From NCBI GenBank assembly GCA_017399965.1, contig JAFQAP010000027.1, positions 64,632 through 128,631 of the forward strand: DNA of 64,000 nt, given 5' to 3'. The notes beneath the pieces were generated by a model. The model ran no database searches, was not told the DNA's origin, and was given only the letters and a program-made list of their open reading frames with translations. How positions within the stretch are numbered: position 1 is the first letter of the stretch; each line of letters opens with the position of its first letter. Shown piece by piece: positions 1 to 9,784 of this stretch. The stretch comes from Clostridia bacterium. Lineage in GTDB: Bacteria > Bacillota > Clostridia > Oscillospirales > CAG-382. The translations under genes and the position numbers were made by a program.

Positions 1-1
1 T

Positions 2-2125
2 TCGGATAACGGAAAAGATTACACAAAAATAGGAAGGATAGACACTCCCTCGGATACGGAATACTGCGGCAAATTCACATATAATTTTGCCTTCCCCAAG
101 GCAGTTACTGCGCGGTATATAAAAATCACCTTCTCCTCCCAAAACGGAAATATGCTGTTTGTTGACGAAATTACCGCTTTTGAATACTGTGAAGACGGCG
201 ACGTTTACAACACCTTGGGAGATTGGACGGACCCTTCCTACCCCGTTACGGATTTTTACGGATATAACCTTAATTTAGGTGAATCCGAGGTCAAGGTAAG
301 CAAAGAAGATAAAGATTACGATACCCTGCAAAATCTTGCCAAATTAAAGGGCGTGGATTTTCAGATACAGCATTTTGAACCTATTATCAAAAACCATTCC
401 AACACGGGTATGGACAAAATATCCATGATCACCGACGGAAAGCTTCACGGAAATATTGAGGGAGATTATTTTATATTCTACCGCGGTGCGGGACGGCACG
501 TGGTAGCGGATCTGGGAACAGTAATGGCAGTTCAGGGCTGTACTGTTACTTTTCAGGATAAACCCTCCTGGGGAATTGCCACGCCTCCCGTATATTATAT
601 AAGCGTTAGCGAAAACGGTACCGATTGGGTTACGGTTTTTGCGGAGCATAATCCCGAATACGGTATTGCCGAAAAGGGCAACGATACGAGAAAGATCGAA
701 TTCGAGGAGCAATTTCTCGCCCGTTACGTGCGCATAACCTTCCCCACCGTACCCGATAACGAAATATCCAGTTCCGTTTATATGGGAGAATTTGAAATTT
801 GGGGCAAAAAGAACACCGCTTCTGCGGTTAAGGCGTTTGAGCCCGAAGGTCTGCTTTACGGTACTTATCCCGATCCCGAGGATGTGGGAATGAACGACAT
901 ACTCTTTACCTGCATTACCGACGGATATGGAAAGGTATGCGAGGACGTGCACGTGCTGACCTTGGAAAACGCATACAAATATCTTGCCCACCGTGATGAA
1001 AAAGGAAACGCCGCGGGAGTTTTGTTCGATTCCCTCGCCTTTACCACGAGAGGTGAGTTAAATTCCCATCCCGACAGAAACGAAAGCACAGAATGGTTTT
1101 TATCCGAACTGTTCCGTGAAGGCGTGAATATGGATGCGGCGGACAGTGCCAAGGGTATGCTTAACGAAGCTCTGGGCACGGACGATAAGGAAATGATATG
1201 GATATCCGTTAACTGTCCTGCTATCGGCGATATATTTAACGGTAAAGAAATAGAAACCGCAGAGGATTACATTGAATGTCTGAAATGGCAGGCAGACGAA
1301 GCTATACGCAGATTTAACGAAAAGGGTTACGAAAATCTGCTGCTGACAGGATTTTACTGGCAGGTGGAAAACATACGCCCCAACGCCCACGCACCCGCCG
1401 AGGCTTATGATAAAGAGGCGGTGATCGCCTTTAACGAATACTTACATTCTATGGGCTACAAATCTCTGTGGTGCCCCTATTACAGCCGGATAAACGGCAT
1501 ATGGCACAGCAAATATTACGGCTTTGACATTACCTGCTGGCAGCCGAACCTTATGTTTGACCAGATAGACCCTTACAGACTCTCTACCATTTCCGAATTG
1601 GCAAAGATATACGGGGTAGGCATTGAAATTGAAACGGATACCTTTGAGCAAAGCAAGCAGACGCTGAATATGTACAGAGAATATCTCAACGCAGGGTTCG
1701 AGTACGGCTTTATAAATTCGGTAAATGCATACTACCAAGGAGCTATTCCCGGAGCGTATATCAGCTTTGAAAACAGCGACAGACCCCATATGCCCACTAT
1801 TTTTTATGAATCCGTAAAGTATATTACGGGTACCATGGACGGAAAGTTCGGTGTAACGGGAAAGAAGGATATATCCGAATTTAAGGATACCGTTTTAACG
1901 GTTAAAAACGGAAAATCCGCATCAGTCTTTCTGGGAGATCTTTCGGAAATCGAGTACAGATACGAGCTTACTCCCCTTTTCGGAAGCGTGCGGCTGGATA
2001 AAAACGGAACTCTTACATATACTGCCATGAAGGGTTATGCGGGAGAGGACCAAGTGAAGATCTCTGTTTTTGACGGAGAGAACACAGTGAAAATCATAAC
2101 CGTAAATATAACGGTAACGGAATAA
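2..2125 (+). CDS. Secreted glycan-binding / DUF4855-like protein, 5' end outside window
   Basis: The frame of ORF 152-2125 stays open back to nt 2. ...ARYIKITFSSQNGNMLFVDEITAFE is the end of a discoidin/F5-8-type-C-like module, and a second module ends FLARYVRITFP...YMGEFEIWG. The C-terminus is an Ig-like beta-rich segment (VKISVFDGENTVKIITVNITV). Family names are from memory. Confidence 0.6.
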   Translation, partial: SDNGKDYTKIGRIDTPSDTEYCGKFTYNFAFPKAVTARYIKITFSSQNGNMLFVDEITAFEYCEDGDVYNTLGDWTDPSYPVTDFYGYNLNLGESEVKVSKEDKDYDTLQNLAKLKGVDFQIQHFEPIIKNHSNTGMDKISMITDGKLHGNIEGDYFIFYRGAGRHVVADLGTVMAVQGCTVTFQDKPSWGIATPPVYYISVSENGTDWVTVFAEHNPEYGIAEKGNDTRKIEFEEQFLARYVRITFPTVPDNEISSSVYMGEFEIWGKKNTASAVKAFEPEGLLYGTYPDPEDVGMNDILFTCITDGYGKVCEDVHVLTLENAYKYLAHRDEKGNAAGVLFDSLAFTTRGELNSHPDRNESTEWFLSELFREGVNMDAADSAKGMLNEALGTDDKEMIWISVNCPAIGDIFNGKEIETAEDYIECLKWQADEAIRRFNEKGYENLLLTGFYWQVENIRPNAHAPAEAYDKEAVIAFNEYLHSMGYKSLWCPYYSRINGIWHSKYYGFDITCWQPNLMFDQIDPYRLSTISELAKIYGVGIEIETDTFEQSKQTLNMYREYLNAGFEYGFINSVNAYYQGAIPGAYISFENSDRPHMPTIFYESVKYITGTMDGKFGVTGKKDISEFKDTVLTVKNGKSASVFLGDLSEIEYRYELTPLFGSVRLDKNGTLTYTAMKGYAGEDQVKISVFDGENTVKIITVNITVTE

Positions 2126-2132
2126 CAGACGC

Positions 2133-2164
2133 AAAAATCCCCCGAACATATCGGGGGATTTTTT
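2133..2164. terminator. Bidirectional intrinsic terminator between convergent genes
   Basis: AAAAATCCCCCGA-acata-TCGGGGGATTTTTT forms a 13-bp stem flanked by an A-tract and a T-tract. It lies between stops at 2125 (+) and 2166 (-). Confidence 0.8.
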
Positions 2165-2165
2165 A

Positions 2166-3026
2166 TCATATTTTTTTACCTATCTTGGAGCCGTATCTCA
2201 CCTGAGTTTCGTGGCCTGCCATAGAGTTGCGGACGATATCCTCGTCAAGCTCCACCACACCTTTTTTGATAAGCAAAACGATGGTGGAACCGCCGAACTC
2301 GAAATATCCCTTTTCGTCCCCTTTATTAAAGACGGTGGAAACACGATTGCGGATCCTGCCCACAAGGGTAGCGCCCACCTCAACGTGGATAACATCCCCG
2401 AAGTTTTCGGTGTGAAGGGTAGTATAGACACGGGAATTGCGCTTGAAATAATTTCTGCCCAGCCCGTCCACGTGGGAAACGGTATACAGCACGCCCTTTA
2501 TCTTGCGGTATCCATCACGGGTGCCCTTGTCTATGTAGCAATATCTGTGATAATCATCCACCGAAAGACGGAAAATAAGGCACAAGCCGCCGATATATTC
2601 TTCACACGCGCTGTCCCCGCCCAAAAGTTCACTCACGGTATACGGCGCGCCCTTGATGATATAATCCTTCGCCGCCGTTATGGGAAAGGCACGGAGCTTA
2701 CTGTCGCAGGGGGCGATAAGATGCTCCGGTGTCATATCCACGGGACGGCAAGAGGCTTTTATCTTGCGGGTAAAGAAATCGTTATAGCTTTTGAATTTCT
2801 GTTTTTCGTATTCATCCAGATTAATGCCGTATTTTTTAACAGCATTTCGCGCTTTCCTTCTGGAAAGCGGGCTGTTCATATACGTGCCCACCAAGCGGGA
2901 GGAATTGCGTCTGACAGAAAGCCAGAGCATAGGTCTGCCCAGCCTTCTGCCATACATAAATTTAAGTAGTTTATCCGGCATCACCGTTGCGGGAACGATA
3001 TTGCCTTCACGATCATATATCAGCAA
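2166..3026 (-). CDS. psd: Phosphatidylserine decarboxylase proenzyme
   Basis: 286 aa. LSVDDYHRYCYIDKG matches the D-x-YHR core. C-terminal FEFGGSTIVLL contains the G-S-T self-cleavage (pyruvoyl) motif. Confidence 0.85.
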   Translation of the reverse strand: MLIYDREGNIVPATVMPDKLLKFMYGRRLGRPMLWLSVRRNSSRLVGTYMNSPLSRRKARNAVKKYGINLDEYEKQKFKSYNDFFTRKIKASCRPVDMTPEHLIAPCDSKLRAFPITAAKDYIIKGAPYTVSELLGGDSACEEYIGGLCLIFRLSVDDYHRYCYIDKGTRDGYRKIKGVLYTVSHVDGLGRNYFKRNSRVYTTLHTENFGDVIHVEVGATLVGRIRNRVSTVFNKGDEKGYFEFGGSTIVLLIKKGVVELDEDIVRNSMAGHETQVRYGSKIGKKI

Positions 3027-3049
3027 GAGCTTTTCCCCTTAAATGCTTT

Positions 3050-4429
3050 TTAAATATCCTGGTATACTGCGCCGAGAGAAATCATAGTTTCACGAACCTT
3101 CTTGCCGTCTACTTCTCGTGCGGGAATGCCTGCGTCGATAGCCATAGCAGCGGCGATACCTGCGGCTTCACCGGAGGAACGTACGGAATGCTGTACACGG
3201 AGAGAGGACTGAACGATAAATTCTGCGCCCAAGCATCTGCCGGTAACAAAAAGGTTTTCCAAGCCCTTTACTACGATGGAACGGTAAGGAATGTCGTACC
3301 AAGGACGAGCTTCGTCTTTTTCGATACCGTCAAAGGAGCAGTTGTGCGCCTTGCCGTGTACGTCGATAGGATAGTTGGACTGGCAGAACATATCCTCAAA
3401 CTTGCGCTGTGCGAACAGGTCGCGGGCTTCCATAACGTATTCGGTAACGATTTCGCGGCTTTCTCTTATACCTACCATTGCTGCGATTTCTGCAACGTAT
3501 GCATTTTCAAAGCCGGGGAAATGCTTTCTGTAGTACATAAGCTGACGGAAGATAGCCTTTTTACCCTTAAGCTGAGAAATGGTAAGGTCATCGGGATTGG
3601 TAGCGTCTATATTTTCAAAGAATTCGGGGCAGTTAAAAGCAAGTCCGTCTTTTCTGCCGGGGATGGTGAATACCTGCCAGTATGCCTTATCCATAGGCTC
3701 AAGTTCGCCGGATGCTATACCTGCATCAAACCATTCGGTAAGTGCCCAGGGCTTGGATGCAACGCCGCCTGCATACAAGGTGTTGTAAGGATCTTCTTCC
3801 TTGCAGTAAGCTCCGATAAGACCTGTGCGTTCTGCTTCGCCGCGCAAGAATGCGCCTGCTTTGGGAATATCGATACCGCCAAGTATGTAACGGAGGGACA
3901 TAGGCTGGTTAATGCCGGTTTCGGGGTTACCCTTGGTATATGCGGCGCCTGCCATTACGCTTACGTCACCGTCACCGGTAGCGTCGATAAACATTTTACC
4001 CTTAACAAGCTGTTCGCCTGCTTTGTTTACTATCTTTACTGCGGTAACGGAACCGTTTTCTACTTCTACGTTTGCGATATAGGTGTGGTAGAGAAGGTTT
4101 ACGCCTGCCTCTACGCACAGTTCTTCAAGAGCCAGACGGAGTACGAGAGGATCGAACATATTGCCCTTTTCGTTACAGCCGGTGTACTTAAGCTGTTTTT
4201 CTACCAGCTTTTTCTGGATGTAAGAGCACTGGGGGTCGGTGCGCATGTGGGTATGCATTACGGGAGTAACAAGGCCGTTTGTGGCGGTGCCTCCCAGAGA
4301 GCCGAACTGCTCTATAACAAGTACCTTTTTGCCCTGCTCTGCAGCCGCGATAGCCGCAAAAGCGCCTGCAGTACCGCCGCCGCATACGACAACGTCTGCT
4401 TCCATATAAACGGGATATGCTGTTTTCAT
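3050..4429 (-). CDS. FAD-dependent oxidoreductase
   Basis: N-terminal ADVVVCGGGTAGAFAAIAAAEQGKKVLVIEQ is a GxGxxG Rossmann dinucleotide-binding fold with the acidic residue at the strand end. 459 aa. Substrate unknown. Confidence 0.8.
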   Translation of the reverse strand: MKTAYPVYMEADVVVCGGGTAGAFAAIAAAEQGKKVLVIEQFGSLGGTATNGLVTPVMHTHMRTDPQCSYIQKKLVEKQLKYTGCNEKGNMFDPLVLRLALEELCVEAGVNLLYHTYIANVEVENGSVTAVKIVNKAGEQLVKGKMFIDATGDGDVSVMAGAAYTKGNPETGINQPMSLRYILGGIDIPKAGAFLRGEAERTGLIGAYCKEEDPYNTLYAGGVASKPWALTEWFDAGIASGELEPMDKAYWQVFTIPGRKDGLAFNCPEFFENIDATNPDDLTISQLKGKKAIFRQLMYYRKHFPGFENAYVAEIAAMVGIRESREIVTEYVMEARDLFAQRKFEDMFCQSNYPIDVHGKAHNCSFDGIEKDEARPWYDIPYRSIVVKGLENLFVTGRCLGAEFIVQSSLRVQHSVRSSGEAAGIAAAMAIDAGIPAREVDGKKVRETMISLGAVYQDI

Positions 4430-4442
4430 AATGATTACTCCT

Positions 4443-6431
4443 TTATTTAAGCAAATTTAAAAATTCCTCTTCGGTTATTACCGGTATTCCCAGTTGCTCG
4501 GCTTTGGCTTTTTTACTGCCTGCCTCATCTCCCGCAACCACGAAAGACGTTTTTTTGGATACGCTTCCCGCGGCGGTGCCGCCGTAGGAACGTATGAGCG
4601 CTTCTATCTCCGAGCGCTTCATCGTAACCATAGTACCTGTTACGACCACGGTCTTTCCTGCAAGGATATCGCCGTTTTTAACGCTGTTATCTTCGGTCAA
4701 AACGCCGTATTCCCGCAGTTTTTGTATAATGAATTTATTTTTCTCCGATGCGAAAAAGCCTACAAGCGCATCTGCGGATTCGGGACCGATATCCTTGACG
4801 GCGCACAGCGTTTCTCTGTCTGCATTCATCAAAGCATCCATATTTCCGAACCGGCTCGCAAGCACCGCTCCCGCTTTTTCTCCGATATGGCGTATGCCGA
4901 GAGCGTATATAAGACGGGCAAGTCCTGCGGTTTTGGATTTTTCCACGGAATCAAGTATATTAAGTGCGCTTTTTTCTCCCAAACCTTCAAGGGATGCAAG
5001 CTTTTCTTTATCCAAAGCGTAAAGATCGGAAACGTCCTTTACCATACCTGAATCTATTAAAAGTCCTGCCACGCTTTTGCCTACGGTTTCGATATTCATC
5101 GCATCTCTGGAAACGAAATGCTCCAAAGCTCTGCGGACCTGCGCTTCGCAAAAAGCGTTGGTACAGCGGGTGGCGGCAAAGCCTTCCTCCCGTTCTACAG
5201 CTGCGCCGCACACGGGGCAAACCTTTGGCATTTCAAAGGGTCGTGCACCTTCGGGACGGTTTTTAACATCCACCCCCACAACTTCGGGAATAATATCCCC
5301 TGCTTTGCGCACAAAAACGGTGTCCCCCACACGAATATCCTTTTCCCGAATATAATCTATATTATGGAGGGTAGCCTGAGTTACGTTTGTTCCCGCAAGA
5401 CGCACCGTATCAAACACAGCCTTGGGGGTAAGCACTCCCGTTCTGCCCACCTGAATAACTATATCCCGCAATACGGTGGACGCAGTCTCGGGCGGATATT
5501 TATATGCGACAGCCCATCTTGGAACGGATGCGGTTTCGCCCATTTCCCCGCGCATGGCAAGGGAATTTACCTTTACCACCGCGCCGTCGATATCAAAGGG
5601 CAGGGATGAGCGTTTTTCGCCGATCTCGTCAATGACCGCCCTTACCTCATCGGCGGTGTTGCACACCACGCGGTAAGGAGAAACGGTAAAGCCGTATTCT
5701 TCCAACATATCAAGAATGTCTCTGTGGTTATTCGGCACCTCTTCCGAACATTCCTGAAGATTAAATACGAAAATATCCAATTTTCTGGAAGCGCACACCC
5801 GGCTGTCAAGCTGGCGCAGAGAACCTGCGGCGGCGTTTCTGGGGTTTGCAAAGGGAGGCTGTCCCTCTTCCTCACGCGCTCTGTTAAGCTCTGCAAACAC
5901 GCTCTTGGGCATATACACCTCGCCGCGTACGACAAGACGTGAGGGAGGATTTTCAATGTTCAATTTAAGAGGAATATTGCGCACCGTTTTAAGGTTTGCG
6001 GTAACGTCCTCTCCGTACTCTCCGTCCCCTCTGGTTGCGCCTAAAACGAACACACCGTCTTCATACGTAAGGGCAACGGAAAGTCCGTCTATCTTTGCTT
6101 CGGTAACGAACTGCACATCCGAAAACTGCCCTTTTACCTTACTGCAAAAGGCAAAGACCTCGTCTGTAGAGAATACGTCGGTAAGAGAGCCTAAAGATAC
6201 GTTGTGGCGCACCTTTTCAAATCTTTCCGCCACGGCGCCGCCTACACGGTGGGTCATAGAAACGGGAGAAGCGTACTCGGGATACTGCTGCTCCAATTTT
6301 TTAAGACGGTCAAACATCGCGTCGTATTCGTAATCGGAAATTTCGGGGCTGTCGTCCTCGTAATACTTTTTTGAATGATACTCAAGAGCTTTTTCAAGCT
6401 CACGCATTTCTTTTTCTATGCTTTGGTACAT
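4443..6431 (-). CDS. ligA: NAD-dependent DNA ligase
   Basis: Adenylation motif EAKIDGLS; Zn finger CPVCGAAVEREEGFAATRCTNAFC; HhH region; C-terminal BRCT (GKTVVVTGTM...SKKTSFVVAG). Start moved to ATG 6431 (MYQSIEKEM...); the longer ORF starts at a TTG. Confidence 0.95.
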   Translation of the reverse strand: MYQSIEKEMRELEKALEYHSKKYYEDDSPEISDYEYDAMFDRLKKLEQQYPEYASPVSMTHRVGGAVAERFEKVRHNVSLGSLTDVFSTDEVFAFCSKVKGQFSDVQFVTEAKIDGLSVALTYEDGVFVLGATRGDGEYGEDVTANLKTVRNIPLKLNIENPPSRLVVRGEVYMPKSVFAELNRAREEEGQPPFANPRNAAAGSLRQLDSRVCASRKLDIFVFNLQECSEEVPNNHRDILDMLEEYGFTVSPYRVVCNTADEVRAVIDEIGEKRSSLPFDIDGAVVKVNSLAMRGEMGETASVPRWAVAYKYPPETASTVLRDIVIQVGRTGVLTPKAVFDTVRLAGTNVTQATLHNIDYIREKDIRVGDTVFVRKAGDIIPEVVGVDVKNRPEGARPFEMPKVCPVCGAAVEREEGFAATRCTNAFCEAQVRRALEHFVSRDAMNIETVGKSVAGLLIDSGMVKDVSDLYALDKEKLASLEGLGEKSALNILDSVEKSKTAGLARLIYALGIRHIGEKAGAVLASRFGNMDALMNADRETLCAVKDIGPESADALVGFFASEKNKFIIQKLREYGVLTEDNSVKNGDILAGKTVVVTGTMVTMKRSEIEALIRSYGGTAAGSVSKKTSFVVAGDEAGSKKAKAEQLGIPVITEEEFLNLLK

Positions 6432-7375
6432 ACTATTGCAACCCAATCGTTTTTCTCGGCAATGCCGGTAAGAGCAAAGCCGTTTTCCGCAAGAGCAGTC
6501 AAAACCTCGCCTTTTCTGGGAGATATGATTCCGCTGCAGATAAGCGTACCCTCGTCCTCAAGCACCTTTTTAAATGTGGGTGCCATGGCGATAATAACGT
6601 CTGCAACTATATTTGCAAGAATAACTCCGTATTTTTTGGAGGTAACTTTATTATAAACGCCTTCATCGGAAAGGGTGTTTCCGCACAGACCTTCAAAGTT
6701 TTGAACTTTGTTAAGGGTTGCGTTTTTAACGGCAATATCCACTGCGTTTTTATCTATATCCACAGCCAGAACGTCCTTTGCGCCCAAAAGCAGAGCGCCT
6801 ATTCCCAATATACCGCTTCCGCAGCCCATATCCAGAACGCTTACGTTTTCAAGGGGAATATCCTCCAGCGCCTCAAGACACAGAGAGGTGGTTTCGTGCT
6901 GACCGCTGCCGAAGGAGGATTCGGGGTCTATCTCCAAAACGATACGGTCCTCTCCTTCCCAATCCTCCCAGGTGGGCTTTACCACAAAGGAGTTTCCAAT
7001 AGGCAGGGGATGGAAAAATTCCTTCCAGTTGTCTGCCCATTCGCTGTCGTCGGTTTCGCTTATTTCGGTTTTTAAAGATCCGAGGTCGAATTCCGTTTCG
7101 TTGCGGAGCGCTTCTATCCCATCAAGGATAAACTCCATTTTCTCTCTGCCCTGGCTGTTATCCGCCAGATATACTCTCACCTTGGGTTCATCTCCCTTGG
7201 TCTCCAAAAGAGCATCGTCTACGTAATCGAAGGGCACATACTGGGTGTCCAGCAATTCCTGAAGGTCGGTAGGATCGATTATCTCGAAGCATTCTGCTTC
7301 TGCGCCCATCAAAACGCCCTGTATGAATTCCACGCCGAGAGAGGATGCGTGAACTGTTATCTTGTGAAACTTCAT
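6416..7375 (-). CDS. prmA: Ribosomal protein L11 methyltransferase
   Basis: MKFHKITVHASS... N-terminus; SAM motif VLDMGCGSGILGIGALLLGA; NIVADVI. Start set to ATG 7375, because the 383-aa ORF extension overlaps the upstream gene. Confidence 0.9.
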   Translation of the reverse strand: MKFHKITVHASSLGVEFIQGVLMGAEAECFEIIDPTDLQELLDTQYVPFDYVDDALLETKGDEPKVRVYLADNSQGREKMEFILDGIEALRNETEFDLGSLKTEISETDDSEWADNWKEFFHPLPIGNSFVVKPTWEDWEGEDRIVLEIDPESSFGSGQHETTSLCLEALEDIPLENVSVLDMGCGSGILGIGALLLGAKDVLAVDIDKNAVDIAVKNATLNKVQNFEGLCGNTLSDEGVYNKVTSKKYGVILANIVADVIIAMAPTFKKVLEDEGTLICSGIISPRKGEVLTALAENGFALTGIAEKNDWVAIVCTKA

Positions 7376-7388
7376 AAAATACACTCCT

Positions 7389-8063
7389 TTAATCCCAGCT
7401 TGCGGAGGCTTCTCCGAAAATGGGAATACTATCGCCCAGATATCTGGGTTTTGGCTTGAACAAAGCGTTGGCACACGCCTTAACTCTTGCCATAGGCTCA
7501 CGCACGTGGGTGGTGAAAAACGCAGGACGGTAGGTTTCCTCACTGCAGGTAACACCGTATGTTTCAAGCCCTAAGGCGTTGCCCAGAAAGACCGCACGGT
7601 TTATATGAAAGGCTTGAGTTACCACTATTACCTTTTCGCAGAGAAATATAGCCTTTGCTCTGTACATAGAATCGTAGGTATCAAACCCTGCATGGTCGGT
7701 AAAAATGTGTTCCTCCGGCACGCCTTTTGAAACCGCATACGCTTTCATGGCGTTTACCTCGTCGTAATCCGTTCTGCCGTGGTCGCCGGACATTATTATT
7801 CTGTCTGCCGCACCGCTGAAATACAGTTCACAGCCTTTATCCAACCGCGCTTTTAAAATGGCGGAGGGAGTATCGCCCCTTACCATTGCGCCGAGGACTA
7901 TGACAGCATCGCACTTGGGAACGTCTTGCGTGTTCACCTTTTTCTGCGAACCCCAAATTACGGTGAGATTGCAGACAGAAACCAAAAGGACGCACAATCC
8001 GCCTATAAAAAGTGCGGTGAGAAACAGATTTTTTAAAAATTTAATTATTTTTTGCTTTCTCAT
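7389..8063 (-). CDS. SanA/YdcF (DUF218) family membrane-anchored protein
   Basis: N-terminal TM helix, then DAVIVLGA...SGDHGRTDYDEV...VVTQAFHINRA, typical of DUF218/SanA proteins. Confidence 0.8.
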   Translation of the reverse strand: MRKQKIIKFLKNLFLTALFIGGLCVLLVSVCNLTVIWGSQKKVNTQDVPKCDAVIVLGAMVRGDTPSAILKARLDKGCELYFSGAADRIIMSGDHGRTDYDEVNAMKAYAVSKGVPEEHIFTDHAGFDTYDSMYRAKAIFLCEKVIVVTQAFHINRAVFLGNALGLETYGVTCSEETYRPAFFTTHVREPMARVKACANALFKPKPRYLGDSIPIFGEASASWD

Positions 8064-8895
8064 ATTCGTCTTTTAAAACTTTTGCATCATAAGACTGAGT
8101 TCCCGCAGATTCGCAGATGATGGTGGGAGAAAGTCCCCGTTTTGCAATAACCTGTGCCAGCATCATAGGAGAGGGGCCGTAAAGCTCATCTTCAAAGGTA
8201 AGGTGCTTTTTCTCCCCCATACCCGTGTACTCGATCTTGGAAAAATGGCAATGCAGAGTATCTGCATATTCTTTTCCCAGACGGCGGGATATCTCATCAA
8301 AAATAAAATTATAATCTTCTTCTGTCTTTATACTTCCCAGAGTTCTTGCGTTTAAATGGCCGAAATCCACTACGGGCACAAAATTTTCCGAAAGAGCGCA
8401 GAGAGTGAGCACCTCGTCAAGAGTGCCCAGCTGGTTTATTTTGCCCATAGTCTCTATACCCAATTTCACCTTGAAGCCGGATTCCTTCAAGGCTTTATCC
8501 GCCATAAGCAGAGTTTCGGAAGCGTATTCCATTGCCTGCTCTCTTGTTATCTTTGCGCAGGAGCCGCAATGCACCACCATAACGGATGCGCCCAAAAGTT
8601 CGCTTGCGGCGGCGGATTCCATTATGTACCCAACGCTTTTTACACGCTTTTCCTTTTCCACAGAGGAAAGGGATATAAAATAAGGGGTGTGGAAGGACAT
8701 TCTTACGCCCAGTCTTTTTGCGTTTTCGCCCATTTCCGCAAGCAGAGAGGGAGATGCGTGTATTCCCCTGCCTGCTTCGTATTCATAAGCGTCAAGCCCG
8801 TAATCCTTTACCCACTGAGGTGCGAAAAGTGAGCTTTTTAAGCCGCTTTTTGCAAATTCATCACAATTCCCGCCGGGACCGAAAAGTGCGCCCAT
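8041..8895 (-). CDS. Xylose-isomerase-like TIM-barrel protein (endonuclease IV-like)
   Basis: 284 aa. SFHTPYFISLSS, VMVVHCGS and GIETMGK resemble the metal-binding strands of Nfo/AP-endonuclease-2-type TIM barrels. Function not certain. Confidence 0.6.
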   Translation of the reverse strand: MGALFGPGGNCDEFAKSGLKSSLFAPQWVKDYGLDAYEYEAGRGIHASPSLLAEMGENAKRLGVRMSFHTPYFISLSSVEKEKRVKSVGYIMESAAASELLGASVMVVHCGSCAKITREQAMEYASETLLMADKALKESGFKVKLGIETMGKINQLGTLDEVLTLCALSENFVPVVDFGHLNARTLGSIKTEEDYNFIFDEISRRLGKEYADTLHCHFSKIEYTGMGEKKHLTFEDELYGPSPMMLAQVIAKRGLSPTIICESAGTQSYDAKVLKDEYEKAKNN

Positions 8896-9401
8896 TATGC
8901 TTTACTCCTTTTAAAATGTCGGATATGAGGCTTTTCAAAAATTCGCTTTACCTTTACAAACCAGCCTTCGTCCTTACGGTCGATAGGCTCGACAATATAC
9001 GCCCGCACTCCTGCGCGGTGGGCGCAAAGGCAATCCGTAAAGATCTGGTCGCCGATAACCAGAGTCTGCTCTTTTGATGCGCCGAACTTACGCATAATTT
9101 TGCGCACTGCACGGCGGGAAGGCTTTTTGGCTTTGCTTACAGAAAAAAATCCCAAGGTGCGGTTAAACTTTTCCACCCGCTTGCCGTCGTTATTGGAAGC
9201 AAACGCCACGTTTATGCCGTTGTCCCTCAAAGAAAACAGGTATTCCGACATTTCCTTTGTGGGGTGCGCCACGCTGTAGGGTGCGATGGTATTATCCACA
9301 TCAAAGATAACGGTGGTTATCCCGTCCTCTTTCAAAAGAGCGGGAGTTATTTCGTATATATTCTTAAACATCTTATCAGGTGTAAGTGAAATTTTGCTCA
9401 T
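8895..9401 (-). CDS. YqeG-family HAD-IIIA phosphatase
   Basis: HAD motif I VIFDVDNTI, ASNN, and GDQIFTDCL (motif IV). ATG 9401 is preceded by GAGGAA. Confidence 0.85.
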   Translation of the reverse strand: MSKISLTPDKMFKNIYEITPALLKEDGITTVIFDVDNTIAPYSVAHPTKEMSEYLFSLRDNGINVAFASNNDGKRVEKFNRTLGFFSVSKAKKPSRRAVRKIMRKFGASKEQTLVIGDQIFTDCLCAHRAGVRAYIVEPIDRKDEGWFVKVKRIFEKPHIRHFKRSKA

Positions 9402-9523
9402 TATATTCCTCACAGTATTATTCAGTTTATTTTAACATTATAATGTAAAAAAGTAAAGTAAAATATTATAATTTTACTTGAAAAGATATGTACTTTATTT
9501 TATAATTGGAGGTGAAGCAATAT

Positions 9524-9778
9524 ATGGAAATTCTGACAGCATTTCTTTTGTGTATAGCCGTATGTATGGTGCTTGCCGCATTGCTTGAAAAAAAGCGGAC
9601 GGATGTTACGGAAATATACATTCCCACGGACACGGATACCGAACAGACCGTGAGAGAAAAGCTGTATGAAAGCTCTCTGCGGGGCAGTAAGGTAATTATA
9701 TGCCGTACCGCCGCGGATAAAGAAGAAATATTAAAGCGTATGACAGAAGAATACGGGAAAATATATAAAAAGAGGTGA
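9524..9778 (+). CDS. Small membrane protein, unknown function
   Basis: ATG 9524 lies 11 nt after GGAGG. One N-terminal TM helix (ILTAFLLCIAVCMVLAALL). Ends 6 nt before the recD2 start, so it is probably co-transcribed. Confidence 0.4.
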   Translation: MEILTAFLLCIAVCMVLAALLEKKRTDVTEIYIPTDTDTEQTVREKLYESSLRGSKVIICRTAADKEEILKRMTEEYGKIYKKR

Positions 9779-9784
9779 AAAGCT

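Noticed and set aside
2211-2969. 252-aa plus-strand ORF
   Set aside because: It is antisense to psd, which has the GST self-cleavage motif.
2987-4450. 487-aa plus-strand ORF
   Set aside because: It is antisense to the FAD-dependent oxidoreductase, which has a clear GxGxxG Rossmann N-terminus on the minus strand. The plus-strand translation is Cys/Phe/Val-rich shadow sequence with no motif and no RBS.
7376-7567. 64-codon N-terminal extension of the prmA ORF
   Set aside because: The extension overlaps the 3' end of the upstream DUF218 gene and is not PrmA-like. The canonical MKFHKITV... start is at 7375.
9478-9506. TTGAAA, 17 nt, TATAAT promoter-like motif upstream of the small ORF / recD2
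   Set aside because: The sequence match is good, but the predicted start site would fall on or after the GGAGG RBS (9508-9512) of the 9524 ORF. Not reported as a feature; it could still serve a leaderless or alternative start.
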